In this document: positions 48,533-56,212 of the stretch, one piece after another
Layout: each line of letters starts with the position of its first letter
Position numbering within the stretch: the stretch's first letter is position 1
IMG/VR virus record: IMGVR_UViG_3300033074_000984
DNA length: 64,000 nt
Direction: 5' to 3' (one strand)
Origin: a virus
Taxonomy: Duplodnaviria > Caudoviricetes
Position numbers and translations under genes: made by a program
Notes under the pieces: generated by a model
Told to the model about the DNA's origin: nothing
Database searches by the model: none
Seen by the model: the letters and a program-made list of their open reading frames with translations, nothing else

Positions 48533-49311
48533 GCTTCTCAGTGTCAGTGCGTGGAAAAACACTTAAAGACCCGATCAAGCTGTTCCTTACGGACTCGTAT
48601 CCCGAGACGCCCATCTCTGACATCGACAGCGTCTTCGGGTTCCTCATAGAGAGCACGCCGCTCTATGGAGGCAGGAACTACTACGTCAACCCGTGGGTGA
48701 CTAGGAAGCGTGTCCCTGAGCTCTCTGCGAGAGACGTAGAGGCTCTTAAAGAGCTGAAGATCGGGTTACGAGTGCCTCTGACGAGTCTGTTCGTGACCGA
48801 GAAAGAGTACGAGAACAGCGCCCCGTTCTTTGAGAGGCTCAAGACCGTCTACTCGCCCACAGCGCTCGTCGCGCGCGACGAGCTCGCTAGGGCTATACGG
48901 CGCGACTATCCGTGGCTCAAGATCGAGGCGAGCGTGATACGCGACCTCCGAACAGTCAGCTCCATAGAGCGAGCACTCGAGACGTACGACTCCGTAGTTC
49001 CAGCGTTCGAGGCTCACGAGGACCTCGACCTACTTGACAAGCTACCGAGAGACAAGACGCGACTGTTCGCCAACGTCTCGTGCGAGAGAGCCTGTCCCGC
49101 TCGCATATGCTACGCGTACTTCTCAAGAGTTAACAAGAACCCACGCGACGGAGTCGACCTGGGACCGCCATGCTCACAGAGCATCGAGAGGCTCTCTAAA
49201 GCCACCACGCCCACCGGCGGCATGACGCGATACCCGATAGAGAGATACAAAGAGATGGGCTTCGACAAGTTCAAGCTCCTAAGAGAGCGCGTACCCGGAC
49301 AAGCTGCGTGA
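48529..49311 (+). CDS. Peptidase U32-like Fe-S protein (putative)
   Basis: IEASVI, ANVSCERACPARICY, a further Cys, and GFDKFKL; GTGA overlap with the rSAM gene. Confidence 0.55.
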   Translation: MSFSVSVRGKTLKDPIKLFLTDSYPETPISDIDSVFGFLIESTPLYGGRNYYVNPWVTRKRVPELSARDVEALKELKIGLRVPLTSLFVTEKEYENSAPFFERLKTVYSPTALVARDELARAIRRDYPWLKIEASVIRDLRTVSSIERALETYDSVVPAFEAHEDLDLLDKLPRDKTRLFANVSCERACPARICYAYFSRVNKNPRDGVDLGPPCSQSIERLSKATTPTGGMTRYPIERYKEMGFDKFKLLRERVPGQAA

Positions 49312-49317
49312 TAAATA
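49310..49317 (+). promoter_or_regulatory. T4-type late promoter
   Basis: GATAAATA before the fibre gene. Confidence 0.65.
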
Positions 49318-49326
49318 GGCTCGACC

Positions 49327-50103
49327 ATGACGATACAGATATCCAGACTAGCTAATAACCAGACGTTCGGCACACTCACCGAGCGACTAAACCTGCTGTT
49401 GGGCATGCTCTCGAGCAACGTCGTCACGCTCGACCAGGGAGCCTCTGGGGCGGTCAACACCGGTAACGGTCAGGTCAACGGCTACTTTTACTCTACAGTT
49501 CTGAGTGCTGGCACCCTTCGTGGCGGCACCGTCGCGTCACCAAACACCCTTCCCATATCTTCGAACGCGGTGTTCCAGTCATACCTCGGCGCGAACGTGG
49601 CTCAGTTCCTCTCGAACTCTACAGCCACGTGGGTGAACTGCACCCCAACGTCGTTCTACATCAACCCAGCAAGCGTCTTCTCTCTATCCAACGGAGCTTT
49701 CAGGGCGTACGGCAACGGCGAGGTCACCGTCTCTGGCGTCAGCGTCGGCAACAGCAGCGTCAACGTAAGCGTTAACAGCACTTCATTCAGCGGCACTGCC
49801 GCGTACGCGAACAACTCCACATACGCGTACGGCAAGGGAGAGGCCGCTCTAAACGTCAACTCTGCCGCGTACGCGAACAACTCCACATACGCGTACGGCA
49901 AGGGAGAGGCCGCTCTTAACGTCAACAGCGCCGTAACAGCCACCACGGCCAACAACTCCACCTACGCGTACGGCAAGGGAGAGGCCGCTCTAAACGTCAA
50001 CAGCGCCGCGAGCGCTACGAACTCTACAAACGCTAACAACGCGTCATATCTCGGAGGGAGCGCCGTCGGCGACCTGATCGCGATATCGGTAGCCATGGGC
50101 TAG
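49327..50103 (+). CDS. Short fibre/virion protein with internal repeats
   Basis: N-terminal NQTFGTL.ER.N baseplate-attachment-like motif; three NNSTYAYGKGEAALNVNSA repeats; C-terminal IAISVAMG. Confidence 0.65.
   Translation: MTIQISRLANNQTFGTLTERLNLLLGMLSSNVVTLDQGASGAVNTGNGQVNGYFYSTVLSAGTLRGGTVASPNTLPISSNAVFQSYLGANVAQFLSNSTATWVNCTPTSFYINPASVFSLSNGAFRAYGNGEVTVSGVSVGNSSVNVSVNSTSFSGTAAYANNSTYAYGKGEAALNVNSAAYANNSTYAYGKGEAALNVNSAVTATTANNSTYAYGKGEAALNVNSAASATNSTNANNASYLGGSAVGDLIAISVAMG
49796..50007 (+). repeat. Near-identical coding tandem repeat, 3 copies (66-nt period for the first two)
   Basis: AACAACTCCAC(A/C)TACGCGTACGGCAAGGGAGAGGCCGCTCT(A/T)AACGTCAAC at about 49811, 49877 and 49951. Confidence 0.9.
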
Positions 50104-50114
50104 GAGAAAGATAA

Positions 50115-50435
50115 ATGGCCTCAAACTTCAACGTAACCGGCTCTGTGAGCATCGGCACCAGCGCCGTCCAGGTCGGCTCCTACACCCCCGGTGCTGGCGT
50201 CAAGACCGTCGTCCTCAGCTTGATTCTGAGCAACAAGCTCACGAGCGACATAACTGTCAGCGCCTGGCACTACAACGCTACGGCTAACACGACCCTGATA
50301 ACCAACGCACCAGTAGCGGCCGGAGAGTCGCTAGCTCTACAGAAGATCGTCATGGCGGCTAACAACAAGCTGTGGGTGTCGTCTAACACAGCGTCAAGCG
50401 TTGACGCGACGCTGAGCTACCTAGAGATCACCTGA
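50115..50435 (+). CDS. Small beta-rich virion adaptor protein
   Basis: MASNF...SVDATLSYLEIT pattern typical of fibre-associated genes; AGGAG RBS. Confidence 0.6.
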   Translation: MASNFNVTGSVSIGTSAVQVGSYTPGAGVKTVVLSLILSNKLTSDITVSAWHYNATANTTLITNAPVAAGESLALQKIVMAANNKLWVSSNTASSVDATLSYLEIT

Positions 50436-50438
50436 TCT

Positions 50439-51737
50439 ATGCAGATACTGGAGAGCATACGATCTCTGTCCCACTCTTCTGGGACAGCGTCTGTTACCGG
50501 CGCAGTGAGGGCGACGCGCAACCCCACGGGAACGGTCGATCGGCTGCGTCTGCCTTGCAACGGCGCCAACTACTCCCAGTCACAGTACAGCGGTCTCTAT
50601 CAGAAGATTGGTGGTGCGTACTCTAGGTCAACCAACGTCCACGTGAACGGCAAGCCGTGGAAGAATCGCTTTTTAGACATGAATGCTGGAACGAGCACGC
50701 TAGGCAGCTGGACAACAGGCACGAGCCTGCCAGGCGCGTTGAATTACTCTCAGGCTATAGTCACAAAGAGTCGCGTATATCTTCTTGGAGGATATAACGG
50801 CTCTAGCTACATAGCAACCGTCTACACCGCTCCGATCAACTCGGACGGCACGCTTGGCAGCTGGACGACTGGCACCAGCTTGCCAGATAGTATAGGTCGA
50901 TCTCAACCGATCATGACTAAAGATCGTGTATATCTTCTTGGAGGATGGAACAGCTCTATAGTCTCCACGGTCTACACAGCCCCTATAAACTCTGACGGCA
51001 CTCTAGGGACCTGGACGACTGGCACGAGTCTTCCAGCCGGGTGGACCAGCTCTCAAGCTATAGTCACAAATAGTCGCGTATATCTTCTTGGAGGATATAA
51101 CGGCTCTAGCTACACAGCAACCGTCTACACGGCTCCGATCAACTCTGACGGCACTCTGGGCACCTGGACGACTGGCACGAGCGTACCAGATAGTATAGGT
51201 CGATCTCAATCGATCATGACCAAAGATCGCGTCTACCTTCTCGGAGGATATAACGGCTCTCCAGTCTCCACGGTCTATACGGCTCCGATCAACTCAGACG
51301 GTACTCTAGGCACCTGGACGACAGGAACGAGTCTTCCAGGAGCGCTGTGCAACTCCCAAGCTATAGTCACAAATAGTCGCGTATATCTTCTAGGAGGCGA
51401 AAACGGCTCTCCAGTCTCCACGGTCTATACGGCTCCGATCAACTCAGACGGCACTCTGGGCACCTGGACGACTGGTACGAGTCTTCCAGGAGGACTAACT
51501 AGCACTCAAGTCATAGTAACTAACGGCCATGTTTATCTGCTCGGTGGAAATAACGGCTCTGTAACGTCTACTGTCTACACAGCTACTATCTCTAACTTGG
51601 GAGCTAATGACTATCTCACTGGAACCACACTCGAGTGCTACCTGCCAGCCACCGGCGGCTCTGAGTTCGCCGTGCCGCGTTATCCGTACGAGTACACGCT
51701 AGACGGCGGCAGGATGCCGGTCTATATAGACGAGTAG
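50439..51737 (+). CDS. Tail-collar protein with inserted 6-blade Kelch propeller (paralog 1)
   Basis: CNGANYSQ..YSGLY..IG, six VYLLGG blades, then EFAVP. Confidence 0.8.
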   Translation: MQILESIRSLSHSSGTASVTGAVRATRNPTGTVDRLRLPCNGANYSQSQYSGLYQKIGGAYSRSTNVHVNGKPWKNRFLDMNAGTSTLGSWTTGTSLPGALNYSQAIVTKSRVYLLGGYNGSSYIATVYTAPINSDGTLGSWTTGTSLPDSIGRSQPIMTKDRVYLLGGWNSSIVSTVYTAPINSDGTLGTWTTGTSLPAGWTSSQAIVTNSRVYLLGGYNGSSYTATVYTAPINSDGTLGTWTTGTSVPDSIGRSQSIMTKDRVYLLGGYNGSPVSTVYTAPINSDGTLGTWTTGTSLPGALCNSQAIVTNSRVYLLGGENGSPVSTVYTAPINSDGTLGTWTTGTSLPGGLTSTQVIVTNGHVYLLGGNNGSVTSTVYTATISNLGANDYLTGTTLECYLPATGGSEFAVPRYPYEYTLDGGRMPVYIDE

Positions 51738-51742
51738 ACACA

Positions 51743-53038
51743 GTGAGCGACAACGCATTCTACGTGCGATCATCACCAGACAGCACACAAGGAACTGACG
51801 TAGGCGTCGGCTACTACGCGGGAGCGCGCACAGCGCTCCCGACTGGGATAGCGCTGTGCGACGGAGCCAACTACTCTCAAGCGCTCTTTCCTAAGAGCTA
51901 CGCAGCGCTGGGTGATCGGTTCTCGCGTTCGACTAACGTCCACGTAAACGGCAAGCCGTGGAAGAGCAGCCCAACCGCTTCTGGCACAATAACCTCATGG
52001 ACTACGGGTACGAGCCTGCCAGGCGTGCTGAAGGACTCACAGGCCGTAGTCACCAAGAACAGAGTGTACCTTCTTGGCGGGTCTAACGACTCCAGCTACC
52101 TCGCAACCGTCTACACGGCTCCGATCAACTCTGACGGCACTCTAGGGACCTGGACGACTGGCACGAGCTTGCCTGGCAACTTAAAGCAGTCTCAAGCCGT
52201 GATGACGAAGGACCGAGTTCATCTCATGGGAGGTGACAACGGCTCTTCAGTCTCCACGGTCTATACGGCTCCAGTCAACTCAGACGGGACTCTAGGCACC
52301 TGGACGACTGGCACCAGCCTGCCAGCTGCCAAGCACACAGCATCTGCGGTTGTCACGAAGGACCGCGTCTACCTGATGGGTGGAGACAACGGCTCTGGAC
52401 TCGTCTCTAACGTCTACACAGCTCCCGTCAACTCAGACGGCACGCTTGGCAGCTGGAGCACGACGACGAGCCTGCCAGGCGGATTAAGGTTCTCTCAAGC
52501 TGTAGTGAACGGCAACTGGGTATACCTGCTCGGCGGAGGCACGCCCAACGCCGTGTCTACCGTCTATCGAGCCAGGGTCTACGACGACGGCTCGCTCGGA
52601 GCATGGAGCACCGACACCAGCCTCCCTGGCGTGCTGCGCATGAGCCAAGCCGTGGTGGTGAAGAACTACGTGTACCTCCTTGGCGGCTCTATAACTAGCA
52701 CGAGCGTGTCGACTGTGTACATGGCGCAGATCAACGCTGACGGGTCTATAGGCGCCTGGACGACCGGCACGAGCTTGCCAGGAAACCTTGAGGTGTCGCA
52801 AGCAATCATCACTAAGGATCACGTTTACACTCTTGGTGGCTGGAACGGATCTAACACGGTGTCTACGGTCTACGTGGGCGCAGCCTCAGGGGCTGGCCTC
52901 AACGACTACCTCACCGGAACTACGCTCTCATGCTACCTGCCGGCTACTGGCGGCTCTGAGTTCGCAGTGCCGAGACTACCGCTGATAAACGACTCTGGCA
53001 TAGTCCACCTTCTTTATCCCTATGTGAGTCTCAAATGA
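51743..53038 (+). CDS. Tail-collar protein with inserted 6-blade Kelch propeller (paralog 2)
   Basis: PTGIALCDGANYSQ..FP..YAALG, six blades, EFAVPRL. Confidence 0.8.
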   Translation: MSDNAFYVRSSPDSTQGTDVGVGYYAGARTALPTGIALCDGANYSQALFPKSYAALGDRFSRSTNVHVNGKPWKSSPTASGTITSWTTGTSLPGVLKDSQAVVTKNRVYLLGGSNDSSYLATVYTAPINSDGTLGTWTTGTSLPGNLKQSQAVMTKDRVHLMGGDNGSSVSTVYTAPVNSDGTLGTWTTGTSLPAAKHTASAVVTKDRVYLMGGDNGSGLVSNVYTAPVNSDGTLGSWSTTTSLPGGLRFSQAVVNGNWVYLLGGGTPNAVSTVYRARVYDDGSLGAWSTDTSLPGVLRMSQAVVVKNYVYLLGGSITSTSVSTVYMAQINADGSIGAWTTGTSLPGNLEVSQAIITKDHVYTLGGWNGSNTVSTVYVGAASGAGLNDYLTGTTLSCYLPATGGSEFAVPRLPLINDSGIVHLLYPYVSLK

Positions 53039-54345
53039 GCATAGAAAAGATCGGCGCGTTCTCGTCAACGCCTAGTGGAGCTCTAAACCCTGGAGTCGTG
53101 TACTGGTCTTCTACGACGAACGGCGTGCTGTGCGACGGAGCCAACTACGCACAGTCTAGCAAGTCTGGCTTGTACGGAGCTCTCGGCAGCCGATTCACAC
53201 GATCTACAAACATTCACATTAACGGCCACCCGTCAAAGAATCGCTTCCTGGACACTGGTACCGGCTCTGGTGACATAGCCTCATGGAGCACCGGCACCAG
53301 TCTGCCGGTAGCCTCGACACTCTCGCAAGCCTTCGTCACCAAGGACCGAGTCCATCTCATCGTCGGGCATGACGCCTCAGGCGCATCTAGCTCTGTCTAC
53401 ACGGCTCCGATCAACTCAGACGGCACGCTCGGTACGTGGGCCGCCGGAGGAAGCCTTCCAGTAGGCGTCTACAGCTTTAACTCACTGATGACAAAGGACC
53501 GCGTCTACCTTCTCGGAGGCGACACGGGCTCGGTAACCTCTACCGTCTACACAGCTCCAGTCAACTCAGACGGCACGCTCGGTACGTGGACCACTGGCAC
53601 CAGCCTGCCCAGCGCCAGACGAGCTTTTCAAACTGTGGTGACGCATGATCGAGCCTACCTGTTCGGAGGTGACACCGTTCCAAACGGCGTCGTAAACACT
53701 AACGGCGGCGCCAGCTCCACGGTCTACACGGCTCCGATCAACTCTGACGGGACCCTCGGCAGCTGGACGACAGCCGCGTCTCTACCAGAGGGAAGCTACG
53801 GATCGCAGTTCGTGGCGCTGGGCAGCAGAGTGTACATGCTGGGCGGCGCCAACGGAACTGGTGTCATATCTACCGTAAGGTCTGCAGTAATCAACGAAGA
53901 CGGCACGATCGGCACCTGGCAGACAGAGCTGAGCTTGCCGGGTGCGCGACGGTACTCTGCTGCACTCGTGCTGAAGAACAAGATCTATCTCGTAGGCGGC
54001 CACGACGGCACGAACTACTATTCAACCACGTATTACGCTACGCTGAACAGCGACGGCTCTATAGGCTCGTGGTCTAGCGGCATCAGCATTCCAGCAGCCA
54101 GGATGTCCTCGCAAGTGATAGCCACGAAGGACCACGTATACGTCCTCGGCGGCTACAACGGCGGCTACCTGTCGGACGTCTACTACGCTAGCGTCTCTGG
54201 TGTTGGAACGAACGATTGCCTAACTGGAACCACCCTCGAGTGCTACCTGCCAGCCACCAGCGGCTCTGAGTTCGCAGTGCCGCGACTGGCGCCAAGAACC
54301 AACTTCTATTCTGGAACTCGAGAGTATCCCCTAATTACGTCGTAG
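53035..54345 (+). CDS. Tail-collar protein with inserted 6-blade Kelch propeller (paralog 3)
   Basis: LCDGANYAQ...GLYGALG, six blades, EFAVPRL. Confidence 0.8.
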   Translation: MSIEKIGAFSSTPSGALNPGVVYWSSTTNGVLCDGANYAQSSKSGLYGALGSRFTRSTNIHINGHPSKNRFLDTGTGSGDIASWSTGTSLPVASTLSQAFVTKDRVHLIVGHDASGASSSVYTAPINSDGTLGTWAAGGSLPVGVYSFNSLMTKDRVYLLGGDTGSVTSTVYTAPVNSDGTLGTWTTGTSLPSARRAFQTVVTHDRAYLFGGDTVPNGVVNTNGGASSTVYTAPINSDGTLGSWTTAASLPEGSYGSQFVALGSRVYMLGGANGTGVISTVRSAVINEDGTIGTWQTELSLPGARRYSAALVLKNKIYLVGGHDGTNYYSTTYYATLNSDGSIGSWSSGISIPAARMSSQVIATKDHVYVLGGYNGGYLSDVYYASVSGVGTNDCLTGTTLECYLPATSGSEFAVPRLAPRTNFYSGTREYPLITS

Positions 54346-54353
54346 GAGACATC

Positions 54354-54809
54354 ATGGCACAGTACACGTCTAGCCCACTCATAATACAAACAAACGCTGG
54401 CGAGCTCGTCGCGGTCAACAACTCTAACCCGGCGTACCTAGCTCTACTAGCGTCTGGCGAGGAGATACTCCCGTACGTGCCGCCGCCGGCTGACGAGTTC
54501 CTAGCGCGTGACCTGTTCTATCAGTTCACGGCTGGCGACGTGGCCAGGCTCCAGATCGCTATCGAGGACGAGTCAACCGCGGCAAGAGCCGCGATCGCGG
54601 CACAACAGGAGCCGTCAGCTCCTCTGCGCCTTCTGTGGGACTCTCTCACTGCGCAGGGAGAGTGGAAGATCCGCACAACTAGCCAACAGTTCAAAGACGG
54701 CTGGGGCGCGATGACGGCCATACTCGGAGCTACGAGAATGGAAGAGATCGCAATCGCGCTCTACATCAATCCAGACGCAGTCCTACTGACAGAGACCCCG
54801 CCCGCATGA
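54354..54809 (+). CDS. Hypothetical protein, possible tail-fibre chaperone
   Basis: NP.Y.A.LA.G..I.PY.PPP motif; follows the fibre genes. Confidence 0.5.
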   Translation: MAQYTSSPLIIQTNAGELVAVNNSNPAYLALLASGEEILPYVPPPADEFLARDLFYQFTAGDVARLQIAIEDESTAARAAIAAQQEPSAPLRLLWDSLTAQGEWKIRTTSQQFKDGWGAMTAILGATRMEEIAIALYINPDAVLLTETPPA

Positions 54810-55054
54810 CGCCCTTGATCTTTCTTAGAAACTACGCCTACAACGCGCTCTGTCTCGCGTCCCAAGCCGCGAACACCCTGCTGCTCGGCGGTGACCCAGA
54901 CGAGAGCCTCTCCTCACGAGCTGGCAAGAGCATTCGTGATGGTGGCTGGGTGTCGGACGTTCCCCTGCCTGAATGGCTGCGCGCTCACTTTCTCTGGTCT
55001 ATAGAGGATGATCGCGGAGACGCGAGTGCGTGGCTACGGAGAGAGATCGGCTGA
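54806..55054 (+). CDS. Conserved fibre-associated small protein
   Basis: Q..NT..LGGDPDESLSSRAGK motif. Confidence 0.55.
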   Translation: MTPLIFLRNYAYNALCLASQAANTLLLGGDPDESLSSRAGKSIRDGGWVSDVPLPEWLRAHFLWSIEDDRGDASAWLRREIG

Positions 55055-55374
55055 TGGCGCAGAAGAGAAACCTAACTATTGACCAACGAGCCACGTTCTC
55101 ACACGTCTTCGACGTCATTCGTGACGGAGAGGCGGCGAGCCTCTCAGGCTACGAGGGCGCTGCGGCCATGAAGACCAGCTACTACGCAGAGAGCAACGCC
55201 GCGGTCTTCGACGTGACGGTCGGGAACACGAACGTCACTGTAAGCATGAACGCTGAGACCACCGCAGCTATCGAGCCAGGAAGGTACGTCTATGACGTTC
55301 GCGTGTACGCGCCATCCGGCGCCAGCACTCGGGTCGTAGAGGGCCTCGTCACCGTCAAGGGCGGCGTTTCATAA
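55054..55374 (+). CDS. Small Ig-like virion protein
   Basis: NLTIDQ.ATF, TAAI.PGRYVYDV and RVVEG.VTV..GVS. Confidence 0.7.
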   Translation: MAQKRNLTIDQRATFSHVFDVIRDGEAASLSGYEGAAAMKTSYYAESNAAVFDVTVGNTNVTVSMNAETTAAIEPGRYVYDVRVYAPSGASTRVVEGLVTVKGGVS

Positions 55375-55377
55375 ATA
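55370..55377 (+). promoter_or_regulatory. T4-type late promoter
   Basis: CATAAATA. Confidence 0.6.
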
Positions 55378-55405
55378 AGTCAGACAACACGGGAACTAGG
55401 GCACA

Positions 55406-55789
55406 ATGGCAGCTAACATCGCAGACTCCAGACCTCTTGACTACGGACTCACGGTCTTTAGCAACGAGGCGTCGCACATCTACATCACCAGCGCTGAAGC
55501 TACGACGTTCGCCCAAGCCACGTCGACCTATGCGCTTGGTAACAAGAACTTCGGCGCAGGAAGCACGTTCGGCGCGCCGGCGGCCGGCTCCCCTAACGGT
55601 CGCAAGGTCACCTCGGTGGCGGTGACTAACGGCTCTGTGACGGCGAACGGGACGGCGACTAACTGGGCCGTTGTAGACTCTGCCAACTCGCGACTCCTCG
55701 CTGTCGGCAGCCTCACGGCGTCCCAGGTAGTGACGAACGGCAACCAGTTCACGCTGAGCGCCTTCGACATCCGCTATCCGAACCAGTAA
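55406..55789 (+). CDS. Virion structural protein
   Basis: GTAT.WAVVD...RLLA.GSL..SQ.VT.GN.FTL..FDI. Confidence 0.6.
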   Translation: MAANIADSRPLDYGLTVFSNEASHIYITSAEATTFAQATSTYALGNKNFGAGSTFGAPAAGSPNGRKVTSVAVTNGSVTANGTATNWAVVDSANSRLLAVGSLTASQVVTNGNQFTLSAFDIRYPNQ

Positions 55790-55816
55790 GCTTCGCGCGA
55801 GACTAGGTCATGAGAG

Positions 55817-56209
55817 ATGGTGCTCAGAGCGGCCTCGAGAGAGGAGATCGCTGAAACGACCCTCGCTGCGTTCGGCGAGAGTGTTAAGATCGACGCAGAG
55901 CTTGAAAGGGGTGAGGCGTACGCGCTCAAAACTGAGCACGGCCCCGCCCTTTTTGTTAAGAGCGACGTCCACGAGTACAAGATAACGATCGTCTTCACGG
56001 GCTCAGGCGTCGAGAACAAGCTAGAGGCCATATCTGTTGTCGACTGGATGTTTGAGAACACCGACGCTGAGCGCGTGATCGGATATATCAGCTCCGACAA
56101 CAAGGCGTGCCTAGCTCTGATCAAGTACTTGAAGAGCTACACGCTAGATGACGGCCCTGACGGACTAAAGATCTACAGAGTTGTAAAGAGCTCGTGGCTG
56201 GGAGGGTAA
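55817..56209 (+). CDS. Possible GNAT-fold protein
   Basis: DWMFENTDAERVIGYI..DNKACL.L resembles RimJ/DUF2824-type C-termini. Confidence 0.45.
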   Translation: MVLRAASREEIAETTLAAFGESVKIDAELERGEAYALKTEHGPALFVKSDVHEYKITIVFTGSGVENKLEAISVVDWMFENTDAERVIGYISSDNKACLALIKYLKSYTLDDGPDGLKIYRVVKSSWLGG

Positions 56210-56212
56210 CGA

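Noticed and set aside
49796-50007. CRISPR-like array
   Set aside because: Repeats are in-frame coding units without unique spacers of regular length; no cas genes
50439-54345. Diversity-generating retroelement behind the Kelch variation
   Set aside because: No reverse transcriptase or non-coding template repeat in the window; differences are not confined to adenines
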